Assembly (NCBI RefSeq): GCF_964204645.1
Contig: NW_027437439.1
Coordinates: 62,001 to 126,000 of the forward strand
DNA length: 64,000 nt
Direction of reading: 5' to 3'
Origin: Tubulanus polymorphus
Taxonomy: Eukaryota; Animalia; Nemertea
The notes beneath the pieces were generated by a model, which was not told where the DNA came from, did no database searches, and worked only from the letters and a program-made list of their open reading frames with translations. How positions within the stretch are numbered: the stretch's first letter is position 1; each line of letters starts with the position of its first letter. Made by a program: the position numbers and the translations under genes. Shown here piece after piece: positions 32,557 to 45,334 of the stretch.

Positions 32557-35500
32557 CTACTTCTTTTGTTGACGTTTATATCTCGTTCTAATTGATTTCA
32601 TATCGATAGTTAGTATTGTATATAGAAGCGGATTCAGAGACGAGTTGATCGGTAAAAATAGAACGGCCAGCCAAGCGGCCACCTGGTTCGGTATGTCGAC
32701 CGAAAATACTGCGCAAAACTGAACGATTATTATCGGTAGCCAGCAAAATAAATTACAAAGATTGATTACTAAACTCCTTCGAGCTAAAACCAGTTCGGTA
32801 GGATCGGCTCTACCCGAACCCGACCTACTTCCAGATACGAGTCTATACATCTGAGCGTACGTCGTCATTATCGCAGCCAATATGGCCGCATTGAACAAGG
32901 CAAAAATAGCGAATGAATAGTGCCAGCCATTGACGTCGATCGTCAGTAAATTCATAGGCAAACAAACTCCGGTTGTACCGTAAAAATTGTCTCCGAAGTA
33001 AGACGACGATGACAGCGGTAGAATAGAAACTGTGCTTATAACGAGCCAACAAATACAGCAAATACCGATAACGTATTTCGGAGTTATAATCGGACTTCTA
33101 GAAAACGGGTTGACGATATTTGAATATCTCTGACGCGTTAGAATTAAGAGAAAAGTTAAGGAACCTTCGCACGAAACGGTGACAATAACCCCGGCGAGAC
33201 GACATAATGAGCTATCCGTCCAGGCTTCAGAATTCAGATAATAAACGCCTTTGAACGCGTGGTCAGCTCCTGCGATCAAAAACAAATAGACCGACATCAG
33301 AAAATCACAACCGGCAATATTTATGATGAGGACATCTGAAGATGTGTTACGTGTTCCGGAGGATTCCATCCGCAAAGCTTGAACGCGAAATAAAATAACG
33401 ATACTGTTAGCGAGAAAACTGAAAGATGCGATCATCCAGATGATGGCCCTCAGTACAGCGTTACCCATCAGGTCAGAGCAGGTCGAAAATTGATCAGCTT
33501 CGGGAAGACATCGGTCAACATTCGGTGCCATGCAGCAAAATTTGTAAGCATCCGAAGCGAGGTATTTCAATGATGTAAGATCGCCAAGAACGTTTCTTTT
33601 TACAAATATTACTTCGGCATTTTTGACGAGGTCTAGAATTTCTAGTTTAGCCAGTCCAGAAAAAGCATAGCTAGAAATATAATGTATTCTGTTACTGCTG
33701 ATATTTAACGACTGTAATGCGGATAAACCTTTAAATACATTTTTACCGAGAACCGATATAGAAAGTCCGTGAAGATCGAGAACAGTAAGTGACGTCAGAC
33801 CTCGAAAACTACCGTCTTCTAAATGTTGCAGCGGATTTCCGATAAGAAATAGTTCTTTTAAACCGATCAAACCTGCGAATGTATTAGCAGATAACGATGT
33901 TATGCGGTTGTGAGTAAGGTCTAATGTGTATAGATTGTTTAGATTAGAAAACGCGTTGGGAACGATGTAAGACAAATTATTGCCCGAAATATCGAGAAAA
34001 CGAAGATAAATGAAAGAGTTGAACGTCGACTCGTTAAATACGACTCGGTTATTCGACAAAATCAAAACCCGATTTGATTCTATAAAACGACCAGTAATAT
34101 CTGATAAAAGAGCATTTTCACAATCGATGAAATGACCCCGGCAATTACAAAACTCAGGACACGTGACCTTACAGTATGACTCGTCATCCGAGTTATATTT
34201 GCAATTTACGACACCATCGCAAACTTCAGATTGCGGAATACATCGATTTTCCTGGCCGCATTTAAACATTCCCGGACACGACCAAGTCTCGCAGTTTCGT
34301 TCATCTTCTGAATTAGGACAATCGGATCGACCGTCACAAACGTGTCTGATTGGTATACAGTAAGATGCCGGACATTTTACAGTACCAGCCGCGCATTCGA
34401 AGTCATTACACGCGAGTATATGTTCAAGATTTCTACATACCGGGAAACCAATCGGCATCCTTTCTAAAATACACCTTTCGTGTCGGGAATAACAGCGAGG
34501 AGAATTGAACGAACATCTTTGTTCATTTGATTCCTTACACAGATCTGTGAAACGAGTCGTACAGTGATTGTCATTATTACAGTAAACCTCGGGATTCACT
34601 GTCATATTAGTGACCAATTCGTCTTCTTCGAGACTTCCGCTGCAATCCACGACACCATCCCGATACAACTGAGAACTAATACATTCACCGTCCGCGCACG
34701 AGAACCCCTGACAAAGTTCGGAAGTGCATCCAATCTCATCGGAGCCGTCTTTACAGTTGGTTAGTCCGTCACATCGTTTATAACTATCGATACATTGGTG
34801 ATTGGAACAGCGATATTGCGTAGATAAACACGGTGGATGATAGCACGAGTTCTCATCCGAGCCATCGACGCAATCTCTCATAAAGTCGCAGAAACCGCTA
34901 ATCGATATAACCTGTCCATCGTTACAGCGGAACTGACTGTGTAAATTGATATCCGTACAATCGAGTTCATCTTCACCGTGTTGACAGTCGTGTCTGGTAT
35001 CACATACGCGATGGTCGCTGATACATCTTTGATCGTTACATTCAAACTGCCACGATTTACAACCGCTTATAGAAGCTAACTCTTCACCAGTTACATTATA
35101 GGTACACAACACGGAATGCACTTTATCTTTTGTATCATCGAAGGCAGTCACTGACCATTTCACTGATTGAATATAAGTAATTTTATTTCTGGTCACCATT
35201 GGTTTGATGACTTTAAATCCGCCGCGGTCCATTGTCAGTATAGCGCCATATTGATGTCGATGTTGAAATTCGCTGACCAAGTTTTTATCGTCACTTTCTG
35301 TATTTGAGGTGATTTTTACTATTTCGGCGCGGAAACTGTGACACATTTCTCTGGCACTCCGAATATTCAAACCTCGATTGTTTTTCCAGTCGGTTAGTAT
35401 TTGATAACATTGTCCCGAAATAGTTACCCAACCTCTTGGACAGGTTGAATTTATCAAAGTAATATCGGGAATCGTTTGATCTATTATTTTATTTAAGTCT

Positions 35501-38500
35501 GTATTTGTTGAATTGTTTTCGACGTTTATCGTTAAATTCTGTTTGTTTTTGATATCGATTCTCTCAGATTCACAAATGAATGTCGTGTGCGTCTCCTCGA
35601 TTTGACACGGGAATCGAACCCAGTTCGCTGATCCTCGTGGATTATTCAGTATCATCGCCGTACACGGCATATTGACGTCATTTATCGGTTGTTTTCTTAG
35701 CGGAGATATCAATCCTCGAATAACTTCTGGTATCGTTTCATTAATAACAGGTTTATACCACTCTGTGTAGCTCAATGGTTTACCGTCAGTCCACGTGTAA
35801 TAACCATCATTCTGTTTCGTGAAGAAAATGAAATATATCACTTCTTTAAAAATCTTTCGATTTTAATTCATCTTTACATTAGTCTTACCTTCCATTTTAA
35901 TCCAATCATCATTATGAGCGCTTTTAATGTGTACGCCATTCGGCGAAGTTCTGTAGCGAATAATCTTTTGATGGAAATCATTTCCTGTTCTGAGTTGATA
36001 CTGAGTAGATGTCCCGCGTACTTCTGTCTACAGTATATTTCAGCGTTCTCCCAATTCAGACGTTCATCTCTGATGAATTTGATGCAAGAAATTCCGGAAT
36101 CCAGAAATCCTTGTTTACAGTAGAAATCATCGAAATGTTTAATCGGTAACGACTCGTGTAAAGTGTATTGTATTTGAAATGTCGGGATATGATTATTAAC
36201 TTCAAAACGCAGAGTATTATCTGTTAAACTATGAAATATAAATCCACGAACCGCGTTATTTTCACATATTTTAGTTTCATGTTGGTTACTAATAATTTTA
36301 GATATTTTTCCATTTAGGAAAAGGTTGAAAATAATAATCTGCATCAATATGATCGGATCATTTCGACGGGCATTGTTTGTTTCACATGAAACTAGTCCAA
36401 TAGATTTGACAATAAATCTGTAATATTGAAATATATTTTGTTGTATCGGGTTTTCAAATTTATATGAAATAGATTTTAATGTACCTCCTGCCTCACCCGG
36501 GTAGTTCGGTGACTGCACGAGTCCACATTGATCTTTAGTAGTAACTGGAAGACGGGAACCGGCAAATCCAAAACTTTCCGCTTTTTTCACTCCTAGACAT
36601 TTACGACGTAGTTTAACTATTAGTGGATACTGCCAGAATCCAATCTCATAAACTGTGAAATCTACAGTGTTTAATACGAGACTGTTATTAAGAAACTGAT
36701 TACTCAAACTCAGAAACTGATCACATCGCCATGACATCTTGAGAAAACATCGGTCAATTTGATATTCGTGTTCTGATAATATGTGAATATTTTTCGAGCG
36801 AAGGCGTCGATTTTCAGGTGTAATCACGAGACAGTGTGACGTCATATTGATCTGACGTTCTTCATCCTGTAGAACGTAACCGTCACAATCAGTAGGAGCT
36901 AATTTAAGATATGACCTGCTGGGATCACCAACTGTTAACTGATTGTTATAGTAATAAGCGTATGCTACTACAGTAACCGGTCCACCTGATGTAATCAGGC
37001 TGACGACAGATCGACCGTAGTATGAACCAGGACAATACGGACCATAGCGTCTAGCTGTGAAATTACTACCATCAAATATATAAAAACCAGCTCGATCACA
37101 GTTTTCTGATAACACTGTTAGTTTCAACTGTTCTTCATAGATGTTCACTTTCCAGTTTAGTTGTAATGTAGTTACACGATACAATGTATTCTTTGTTCTC
37201 GGGAACAATCGATTATCTGATATTGAGTTTGTGAGTGAATGCTGGAATATAAGAGAATTGATTACAACATTGAACGTTTACAATACGACAATTTCAAACC
37301 AATCACAACCTGAAAATATCGATGATAGTTGTAATCCAAAATAAATTTAAATTCTTACACAAATCATCATAATTACTCTGCGTAAACAACAAGTGCGTCC
37401 GAATATATTGTAATTTGGGTCACACATAACATTGTTATTCCAATTTTTTCGATAAAGTTTCGCTGGTCAATATCGCCATCAAAATCATAGATTATTACAA
37501 TGATTCTATTACACGAACCTAATTTACAAATTCACTGTAATAAACTTACCGATATCTGTGGCTTGTTGACGTAGACGTCTGATATTGTCATCGATTTCGC
37601 TTCAAATTCTATTTTCAAATTCGATCTTAAATAATCCGATGTCGTTAAAACGCACAGAATCACGAGAAATCCGTCTGATTTTACACTCAGGGATTTAAGA
37701 TGGTTAAAACTGAGTAAAATATCAGTTCTCACAATACGTAACCCTTCCTGTTTATATACACCAACGACACCTGGTGACGAGACGAGATCACGTGTCCAGT
37801 TGAAGACGACGTACTGCAGAACATCGATAGTGATAGACCAGCAGTATAAGTCTTTAGACTGAGTTACTATAGGTGGTATTCCATCAATTGTAGTGAGCAG
37901 TCCTGATTTATTGTAGACTTGAATTAACGGGTTAGAGATGTTCCAATCTGATATTTGGTAAACTTGCACGAGTAACTGTGACTTAAACGACAGTTTATTT
38001 GAAATGAATTCAATACGTGCTTTATTAGTTTTAGTATAAAACGATGAAGGCGGATGTCCGGTTTGTTCTCGTATAAGAGCTATAGGTTCACTGGTTCTGT
38101 TCCATCCGTCGTAAATTTGAGGACGAGTTTTCATCGGATCCTCACCTGGTCTTAATCTGAAATCTATCTCTATAAACGTTAAATTCATTGCAAACCTGTC
38201 TGGCATCTCGATCCATTCAAACAACAATTTACATCGCCGAGTAGAAATTGTGAATTTATAACCTGTTTGAGTTGGTATTTCGTTTACTGCACGTTTTGAG
38301 CATTTATGTACAATTTTCAAACGACTCTGTTCTTCAAAACGATATATAATATAAAGCCGACTACCTCGCACTCCATCGATGTTACTCCTAAACAACAACG
38401 AAATCAAATCGTTACTGCGGATATCTAGTTGTTTTCTTCCGGTAGCGCAGAGTTTGTTGTCGGACTCACCGACGAGTAGGTAGTTTTCGTTACAGAATAT

Positions 38501-38776
38501 CGACGGCTCGATGTCGTAGTAAACGTGAACGAGAAAACTTCCCGGTAAAGAGCTGTTTACGAACCAACGGCATTCAACACCGCGCACTAACGACGGATAG
38601 TTCGGTGAAACGATGTAACCAGACGTAGAATCGACGGAGTATTGAGTGCTGTTACAAGATGAACTGACTGTAACAGACGCGGCTTCCTCGGCAGAGTTTG
38701 CGCGATCAGTCCGCGTAAATATACAGTCTCCGCAAGCGATCAGTAAAACTACGAACAACGCTTTCATTCGCTGCAT
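32557..38776 (-). CDS. GRL101-like LDLa-LRR GPCR with CUB and C-type lectin ectodomain (copy 2). Exons 38776-37550, 37241-35889, 35811-32557; about 1,944 aa
   Basis: Signal peptide; CUB (SGYIVSPNYP...CRW); CLEC (CIKF...NWENAEIYC...HLLSI...IGL...W.DG..LSY.EW); about 7 LDLa repeats; LRRNT plus about 8 LRRs; 7TM ending NSSLNPLLY. Phase-0 GT-AG introns join the three ORFs. Confidence 0.88.
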
Positions 38777-39299
38777 ATTGAACACAATTCACGCTTCAAA
38801 ACAAATACATCTCTAACTATCTCCAAGTTTGCGCGACATTTCTCATAAGAGTCGTTGCAAAGTAATGACGAGTTGTCAGAATGTCAGAAGTTGACGAATT
38901 GATCGAGTCCAATTGTTTTGTAAAAAGATCTCCCATCAAACTGGCGCCAGTGTCGTATTTCTGTTACTTTCACCTGCGCTCGGTTTCGCAGTAATTACCG
39001 CGGTTTCTAAATTTAGACGTGTTTCAATATATCGTGTTCTATAATCATGTGCAATTATTTCTCTAAAAATATTTACTGTCACTCCCGAACTGCGTTCAGT
39101 TTGTGATAATATTCGACGACATTTTCTATCTATACCTCAAAATATTCTGCGTCTCTGTAAAACACTTCGTCAATATCTGTTTCGACAATTCATACTCTAC
39201 AGTCAATATGATAACTGAGTTGAAGCTAAGTGACGCGCGTGGATATCTGATTCTGGCGGGTGAGGACTGGTTCGGTACTAACTTTTCGCAGAGCCAACG

Positions 39300-39465
39300 C
39301 CAACCAAGTAAGACTCGGATGACAGCGGTAGAAAAGAAACTGTGCTTATAACGAGCCAACAAATGCAGCAAATACCGATAACGTATTTTGGAGTTATGAT
39401 TGGACAGCTAGAAAACGGGTTGACGAAATTTGAATATCTCTGACGTGAAAGAATTAAGTGAAAAA
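39300..39465 (-). pseudogene. Decayed fragment of the GRL101-like 7TM region (TM3-TM4) upstream of copy 2
   Basis: LILSRQRYSNFVNPFSSCPIITPKYVIGICCICWLVISTVSFLPLSSESY matches the receptor TM3-TM4. Confidence 0.85.
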
Positions 39466-39548
39466 TCAAAGCAGTCTCTATTCATCACTCTTGATGGCTA
39501 GAATTTATGAATACAAATAACAGTATTTCCTGCTGCTGCTGCCGCTAC

Positions 39549-39584
<36 letters not shown>

Positions 39585-39599
39585 ACACTACTACTGCTG

Positions 39600-41340
39600 C
39601 TGCTAAGATCGTTCTAAGATTATTCTTCGAATTCAGTGATAATTCGAGTGACAGACAATGGACATTTGATTAATTGAATTTTTTGTATATTTCCTATGTT
39701 GATATCATCTTAATTTATTTTAGGTGATAATCAATTGCAAATAGTTCTAAGATTTGTGCTTTATTCCTGTGACAATTCGAGTGACAATTCAATAATGGAA
39801 ATGTGATTGATTGTGTTGCAAATTTATATTTATTTTAATTCGATTTTGAAAGGATTTAAATTACTGCATAGAACTATCATTTTAACGAGGACTGTTAGAG
39901 AATATCTGATATTATATCTACTTCATATATTAGGTAGGATATTGAAGTGCACATATGTCTCTCACGTGAGGTTAGGTTAGTAAAAAGGGTGATCTATAAT
40001 ATTTTTATCAATTAGGTCCACTAATCTAAATAGTAATATGCGAAGTTGCCGAGGGATGCTTTCGACAGTTCACATCTCGTGTATGAATTAGTATAGTTGA
40101 CTCCCTGTCTCTGGGATCTCACTCGGGAATCCAACCTAAACTTAAACATTGATTCTTCCAGTCAGAATAGAAATATGAAATTGTTGTTTTTCAGATTAGC
40201 CATTCCTCACTAAGGACCTGATTGCTGCCAATATCACGAGGCTGACTAAACCAATGCTGTGAACTCCAGGCTTTTCTAGATAATCCATGATGCTCCACAC
40301 AGAAATTAGTGGTGAGTAGATTTGTTATTTTTAATACTAACTATAACAGATTACAATGTGCATGTATCGAGCCAAATAAGAAATTATTATTGAGATCAAT
40401 ACTTTTTTCAGATAAGCTCTACATCCTCAGGACCTGATTGCTGCTGTCAATGCTTGCTGAATAAACCAACAAGACCGGACCGATATTATTCCCGTTGCTT
40501 GGGTGTCACATCTCCCAATGAAATGATAACTGATCGAAAAAATTCATGAAGTTCCACTCATGAATCGATGAGCAGACATTTTTATTTGAATTCTAAATGT
40601 CAAACTTAAGTTAGGCCGGATTCAAGCTGATTCAAGTCTCATTAAACACTTAAGTTGCTTTCTCAGAGACGATCTTCCTGTGCAGGATCTGATTGCTGCC
40701 AATGCGCGTTGACTAAACCGACAAATACAGTTTCCAGATTCCAGACCTTCCTCACTTCATCAGGACCTGATTGCATCGAGTACGTCCCGACTAAAACAAC
40801 CTGGTCTGATAGGGGACTCCTGTGAGCTGAATGTTAAATCCCTTCGAGGAAAAGATGATCTAAAACTGTTCGCATAAATCGGTGAGTAGAAATGATAAAT
40901 TATTTCTCTATAGGAAACTGAGGTGAGGTTAGATCTTAATTTTAACAGGGAATTTCGTGTTCACTCACGGGTGACGAGGGTGGATATACAAACTACCATC
41001 GTCACGCATTGAATCATCCATTAGAATTTCAAGTATTGGTTTTTTTTTAAATAATGCACTTTCGCCATTTCTCTGGATCTGTTTGCTACCGTGTCGATTG
41101 GACCAACCCAAATCGACTGGAGGACTCAAACTCTTCCGGAATAAACTAAGGAGCTCCACGAGTCGCATGAATCATGGCGAGTAGACATTTTGTGGAGTCA
41201 AAATGTCTAATCACCATGATTTAATTTCAATACACTGCATAGCTATGTGATGTCCATTCAAAACTTGTGTTTCAAAAATGAGCGCAAATTATCGCAACAA
41301 TGGGGACCTCGAGGGACCGCCACAAAATGGAAACGACTTT
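39600..41340 (+). repeat. About 1.7-kb repeat with internally reiterated splice-site-flanked modules (copy 1)
   Basis: Similar to 45335-46920 and partly to 41680-42360. The internal motif aggacctgattgctg(c/t)caat...gactaaacc occurs 4 times. Confidence 0.8.
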
Positions 41341-41448
41341 TAGAAAACGGGTTGGCGATATTTAGATATATACGATATTTAGAATTGAGAGATATGTTAA
41401 AGCAGCCTCTATTTATTACTCTTGATGATTTGAATAAATAAAAATAAC

Positions 41449-41674
<226 letters not shown>

Positions 41675-41781
41675 ACGATATTTAGATATATACGCGATAG
41701 TTCTAAGAAATTCGAGTTTCAGACAATGGACATTTGATTAATTGAATTTATTGCATATTTACTATGATGATATCGTCTTAT

Positions 41782-41987
41782 AAAAATATGTATTATAAAT
41801 GGAGAGTAAACAAGCACACAGTGAGAACAACAAATCATTCCTAGATAGAATAAAAGATACTTCAAATGTCAAATCAGTAGATTATAAATTTAAGAAGTTA
41901 AAAGAATTAATAATCCATTATAAATATCTAATTACAAATATTGATACAGTTACTAACAAATATGGAGATAAATTAGTTATACACTAA
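41782..41987 (+). pseudogene. Isolated relic of a related Polinton gene (homolog of 20301-20642) with its upstream motif
   Basis: MESKQAHSENNKSFLDRIKDTSNVKSVDYKFKKL...TNKYGDKLVIH; upstream aaaaatatgtattataaatg. Confidence 0.88.
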
Positions 41988-42361
41988 TTAATTTTAATTT
42001 CATTTGTTTATGATAAGATTCGTGTTTAATTTCAGCGACGATTCGAGTTATAGACAATGAAAATGTTATTTATATTACAGACAATGAAGATTTGATAAAT
42101 TGAATTTATTGCATATTTCCTATGATGATATCATCTTAATTTATTTTAGGTGATAATCAATTGCAAATAGTTCTAAGATTCGTGGTTGATTCCTGTGAAA
42201 ATTCGAGTGACAATTCAATAATTGAAATGTGATTGATAAATTGTGTTGCAAACTGATTTTTCTTTCAATTCGATTTTGAAAGGATTTAATTTACTGCATA
42301 GAACTATCATTTTAACGAGGACTGTTAGAGAATATCTGATATTATATCTAATTCATATATT

Positions 42362-44490
42362 CTACTTCGAAACTCGGAATTGCACTTGCGCGAAACGACG
42401 CAAAATCGTTCTGGCGTATTCTAAAATCCACCCAGGAAAAAAACGAAAGAAAGGGTAATAAACCGACATTAAATGAATTCGAAACTTATTTTGCCGGCCT
42501 GGGCGAATCCGTGAACAATGCTACTATTGATCCCGACCTCCAACTTAATAATCGAGACCAATTAAAGTCGCAGGAGCCACGTGATTTAGATTTTCCTGTT
42601 ACGATAGAGGAAGTGAAATTTGCAATAAAAAAACTGAAACGCGGAAAATCGCCTGGATTAGATGATATACTTCCTTTGTACTATGTTTGTAGCAGCAGTT
42701 GATACCTTGGCGCCTACCCTGACTATACATTTTAATGCCATTTTAGAAACCGGTTTGTACCCAAGCGACTGGTGTGAGGGTTGTATTACTCCGATCTATA
42801 AAAAGGGCTCCGTATCAGATCCCAATAACTATAGAGGGATAACTGTGCTAAGCTGTTTCGGAAAGGTCTTTTCTACCATTATTAACACTCGTATAATTCA
42901 GTGGACAGAAACATATATCATATCATAAACGAATGTCAGGCTGGCTTTAGGCCAAACAACGGTACTACGCAACAATCGTTTGTGATATCATCCTTAATTA
43001 ACCATTGTCTTCAGTCGAAAATGAAAGGTGTGTGCTTTGCGTTTATCGATTTCTCTAAGGCCTTCGATGTTCTAAATCATGAGATATTATGGAAGAAATT
43101 AATCCAATCGGGAATTACAGGCAAAGTTTATAATATGTTGCGCTCAATGTATGCTAGTAATAGATCCTGTGTAAAAAGTGATGGTTTCCTATCTCGGTTT
43201 TTTAACTCTGATACTGGAGTGAGACAGGGGCGGAATGCATTTCACCAGCTCTTCGTAATCTCTATATAAATGATATGGAAAATTTCATTATTGAAAACGG
43301 TCACACTGGTGTAGATTTTGAATTCTTTAGAATATACCTCTTGCTCCATGCTGATGACACTGTCATCGTGGCTAAATCACCCACAGAGCTGCAGAGATCT
43401 CTAGATATACTTAACCAATATTGTACAAAAATGAAACTATCAGTCAACACTGAAAAAACCAAAGTCATGAAAGTATGCTATCGTAGGTCTGCATTTCAAC
43501 CACTTAGGTGTGTCTACGATGGTAATCAGCTTGACGAGGTATCTGTGTTTAAATATCTAGGATTGATTACACAGGGTAATGGCTGTCTCAGACATTCAAT
43601 AGAATCTTTAGCTGATCAAGGATTAAATGCTATGTTTGCAATGAAGAAGTATTTGCTAAGTGCAAGACTCTTGACCCCAAAAGTAAAGGGGGATATTTTT
43701 GATAAACTTGTAAAATCAGTCTTAATGTATAGTTCTCCGGTATTGGCATTCCAGAACTTAGAGGCTATTGAATCTGTACACCTTAAATTTTGTAAATATG
43801 TGCTAAGACTAAGACGTTCTACTCCTAATGTAATGGTCTATGGAGAACTGGGCAGGTATCCCATTAGCGTTGACGTTGCTATTTCTGTTTGTAAGTTTTG
43901 GGTAAAAATATTAGATTCCCCTGCCTGGACAAGCTTGAGAAAAACTTACGATCTGTTACTAATGGACTCGAATAATGTTCCAAATGCAAAAAACTGGGCA
44001 ACAGATATGCGAGATTTGTTGAACCGCCTAGGTTTAGGTAATTTTTGGCTAGACTAGGCTATATACAATAAAACTCTGAGGGATATTTAGATATCAGCGA
44101 CCATCATTTGGTTAACATTTTAAGTAAATTTAGGTGTAGTAATCATAACCTGCATGTTGAAACTGGAAGATGGGCCCGACCCATCACACCCAGAGAACAG
44201 CGTATATGTAGCCTTTGTAACACTGACCAAGTAGAAGATGAGTACCACGTATTGAAATGCTTACAGTGCCCTGAGAAGCAATCTTCTTTCGAACTATTAT
44301 GTTCACCATCCATCTGTCTTCAAATTTATTAACTTATTATCTTCCAACTCTCCTGCCACCATTATAAAACTAGGCAAGTGTTTATATCAATTATTTAAAA
44401 GAAGAAAATTGCTACTCAGGGACGATAATCTCTAAATCGCATAAACCGTCATGGGAGATATTGTTGTTTTGCTTTATCCCGTATTGTAAT
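42362..44490 (+). mobile_element. 5'-truncated, frameshifted non-LTR retrotransposon (RTE-X/L2-like RT with C-terminal CCHC-like finger)
   Basis: KSPGLDDI, PIYKKG...NYRGITVL, QAGFR, FIDFSKAFD, GVRQG, LHADD, FKYLG, YGELGRYP, CSLC...EDEYH across five broken ORFs. Confidence 0.9.
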
Positions 44491-44826
44491 AAAATTAGTA
44501 TAACTGTTATAGACTGATCTTAAGAATGATAATGGATAATAATGAAGTTCCGAAGCAAAAGTACTTTAAATAATTCAAAAAAAGAAACAATGAGCATTAC
44601 CGTAATTTGAGACGAATACTTAAGTTTTAAAAATATATTTAATTTGAGTATCCTGGATGTTAATTAAGAACAAAGTCTCTATAATCGCTAAAGTTTTATG
44701 AAAATTAATTTCTGTTAAATGATAATACTAGCTCTCTAAAGTTTCTCTTGTTGTATACGTCTGTTGGTAACTCGCAGAGAATAGCTGTTCTCTCAACGAT
44801 AAGCAAGGAGTGAGTAAATCATTCCG

Positions 44827-45329
44827 CGTCATGACAGGAGGGTTGGAAAGAAAAAGTTAGTTTAGCAAATCAGTTTCCCAAATAAATTTAGATTAGCGAA
44901 TCATTAGGGCTAAATTTTACATGACCAAAGCAGTCATGACAGTTAGGTTGCTGCTCCTTGCCAAAAGTCGAGTGGGAGAGTCGGTATTTTACGAATGCCG
45001 ATTCTTTCTATAAAAGGGATCCGCAGTCTTGGGAGAGCAGACACTCGATAGAGATTCGGTAGATACTTGATAGAAGCTTGTTTGGGACTTGATTCAGGAC
45101 AGTTACCAGCAGGAGAGTCCAATAGGAACTTAGAGTTAGGAACTGGACTGTGTTTTAACTGGAAAGCTTAGATTAATTATAAAGGTAAATACAATTCGTT
45201 TTACTATCATTATATTCATTCAAATTTTCGGCATTCTAGTTTTTTCTTGGGTTCGTGCACGGACACATTCTCTTGCCAGGGACCTATCATCGCTTTTATT
45301 AAACAACGGCTAAGGAGAGGATTGTGACC
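44827..45329 (+). mobile_element. Possible solo LTR
   Basis: About 500 bp bounded by (c)GTCA...TGAC(c), resembling decayed TGTCA...TGACA ends, with an internal TATAAAAG. No TSD confirmed. Confidence 0.3.
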
Positions 45330-45334
45330 GATGT

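Noticed and set aside
37360-37520. Extra small exon within receptor intron 1
   Set aside because: All frames hit stops in one or both copies and the upstream intron would be about 30 bp. Direct phase-0 splicing 37550 to 37241 keeps the frame.
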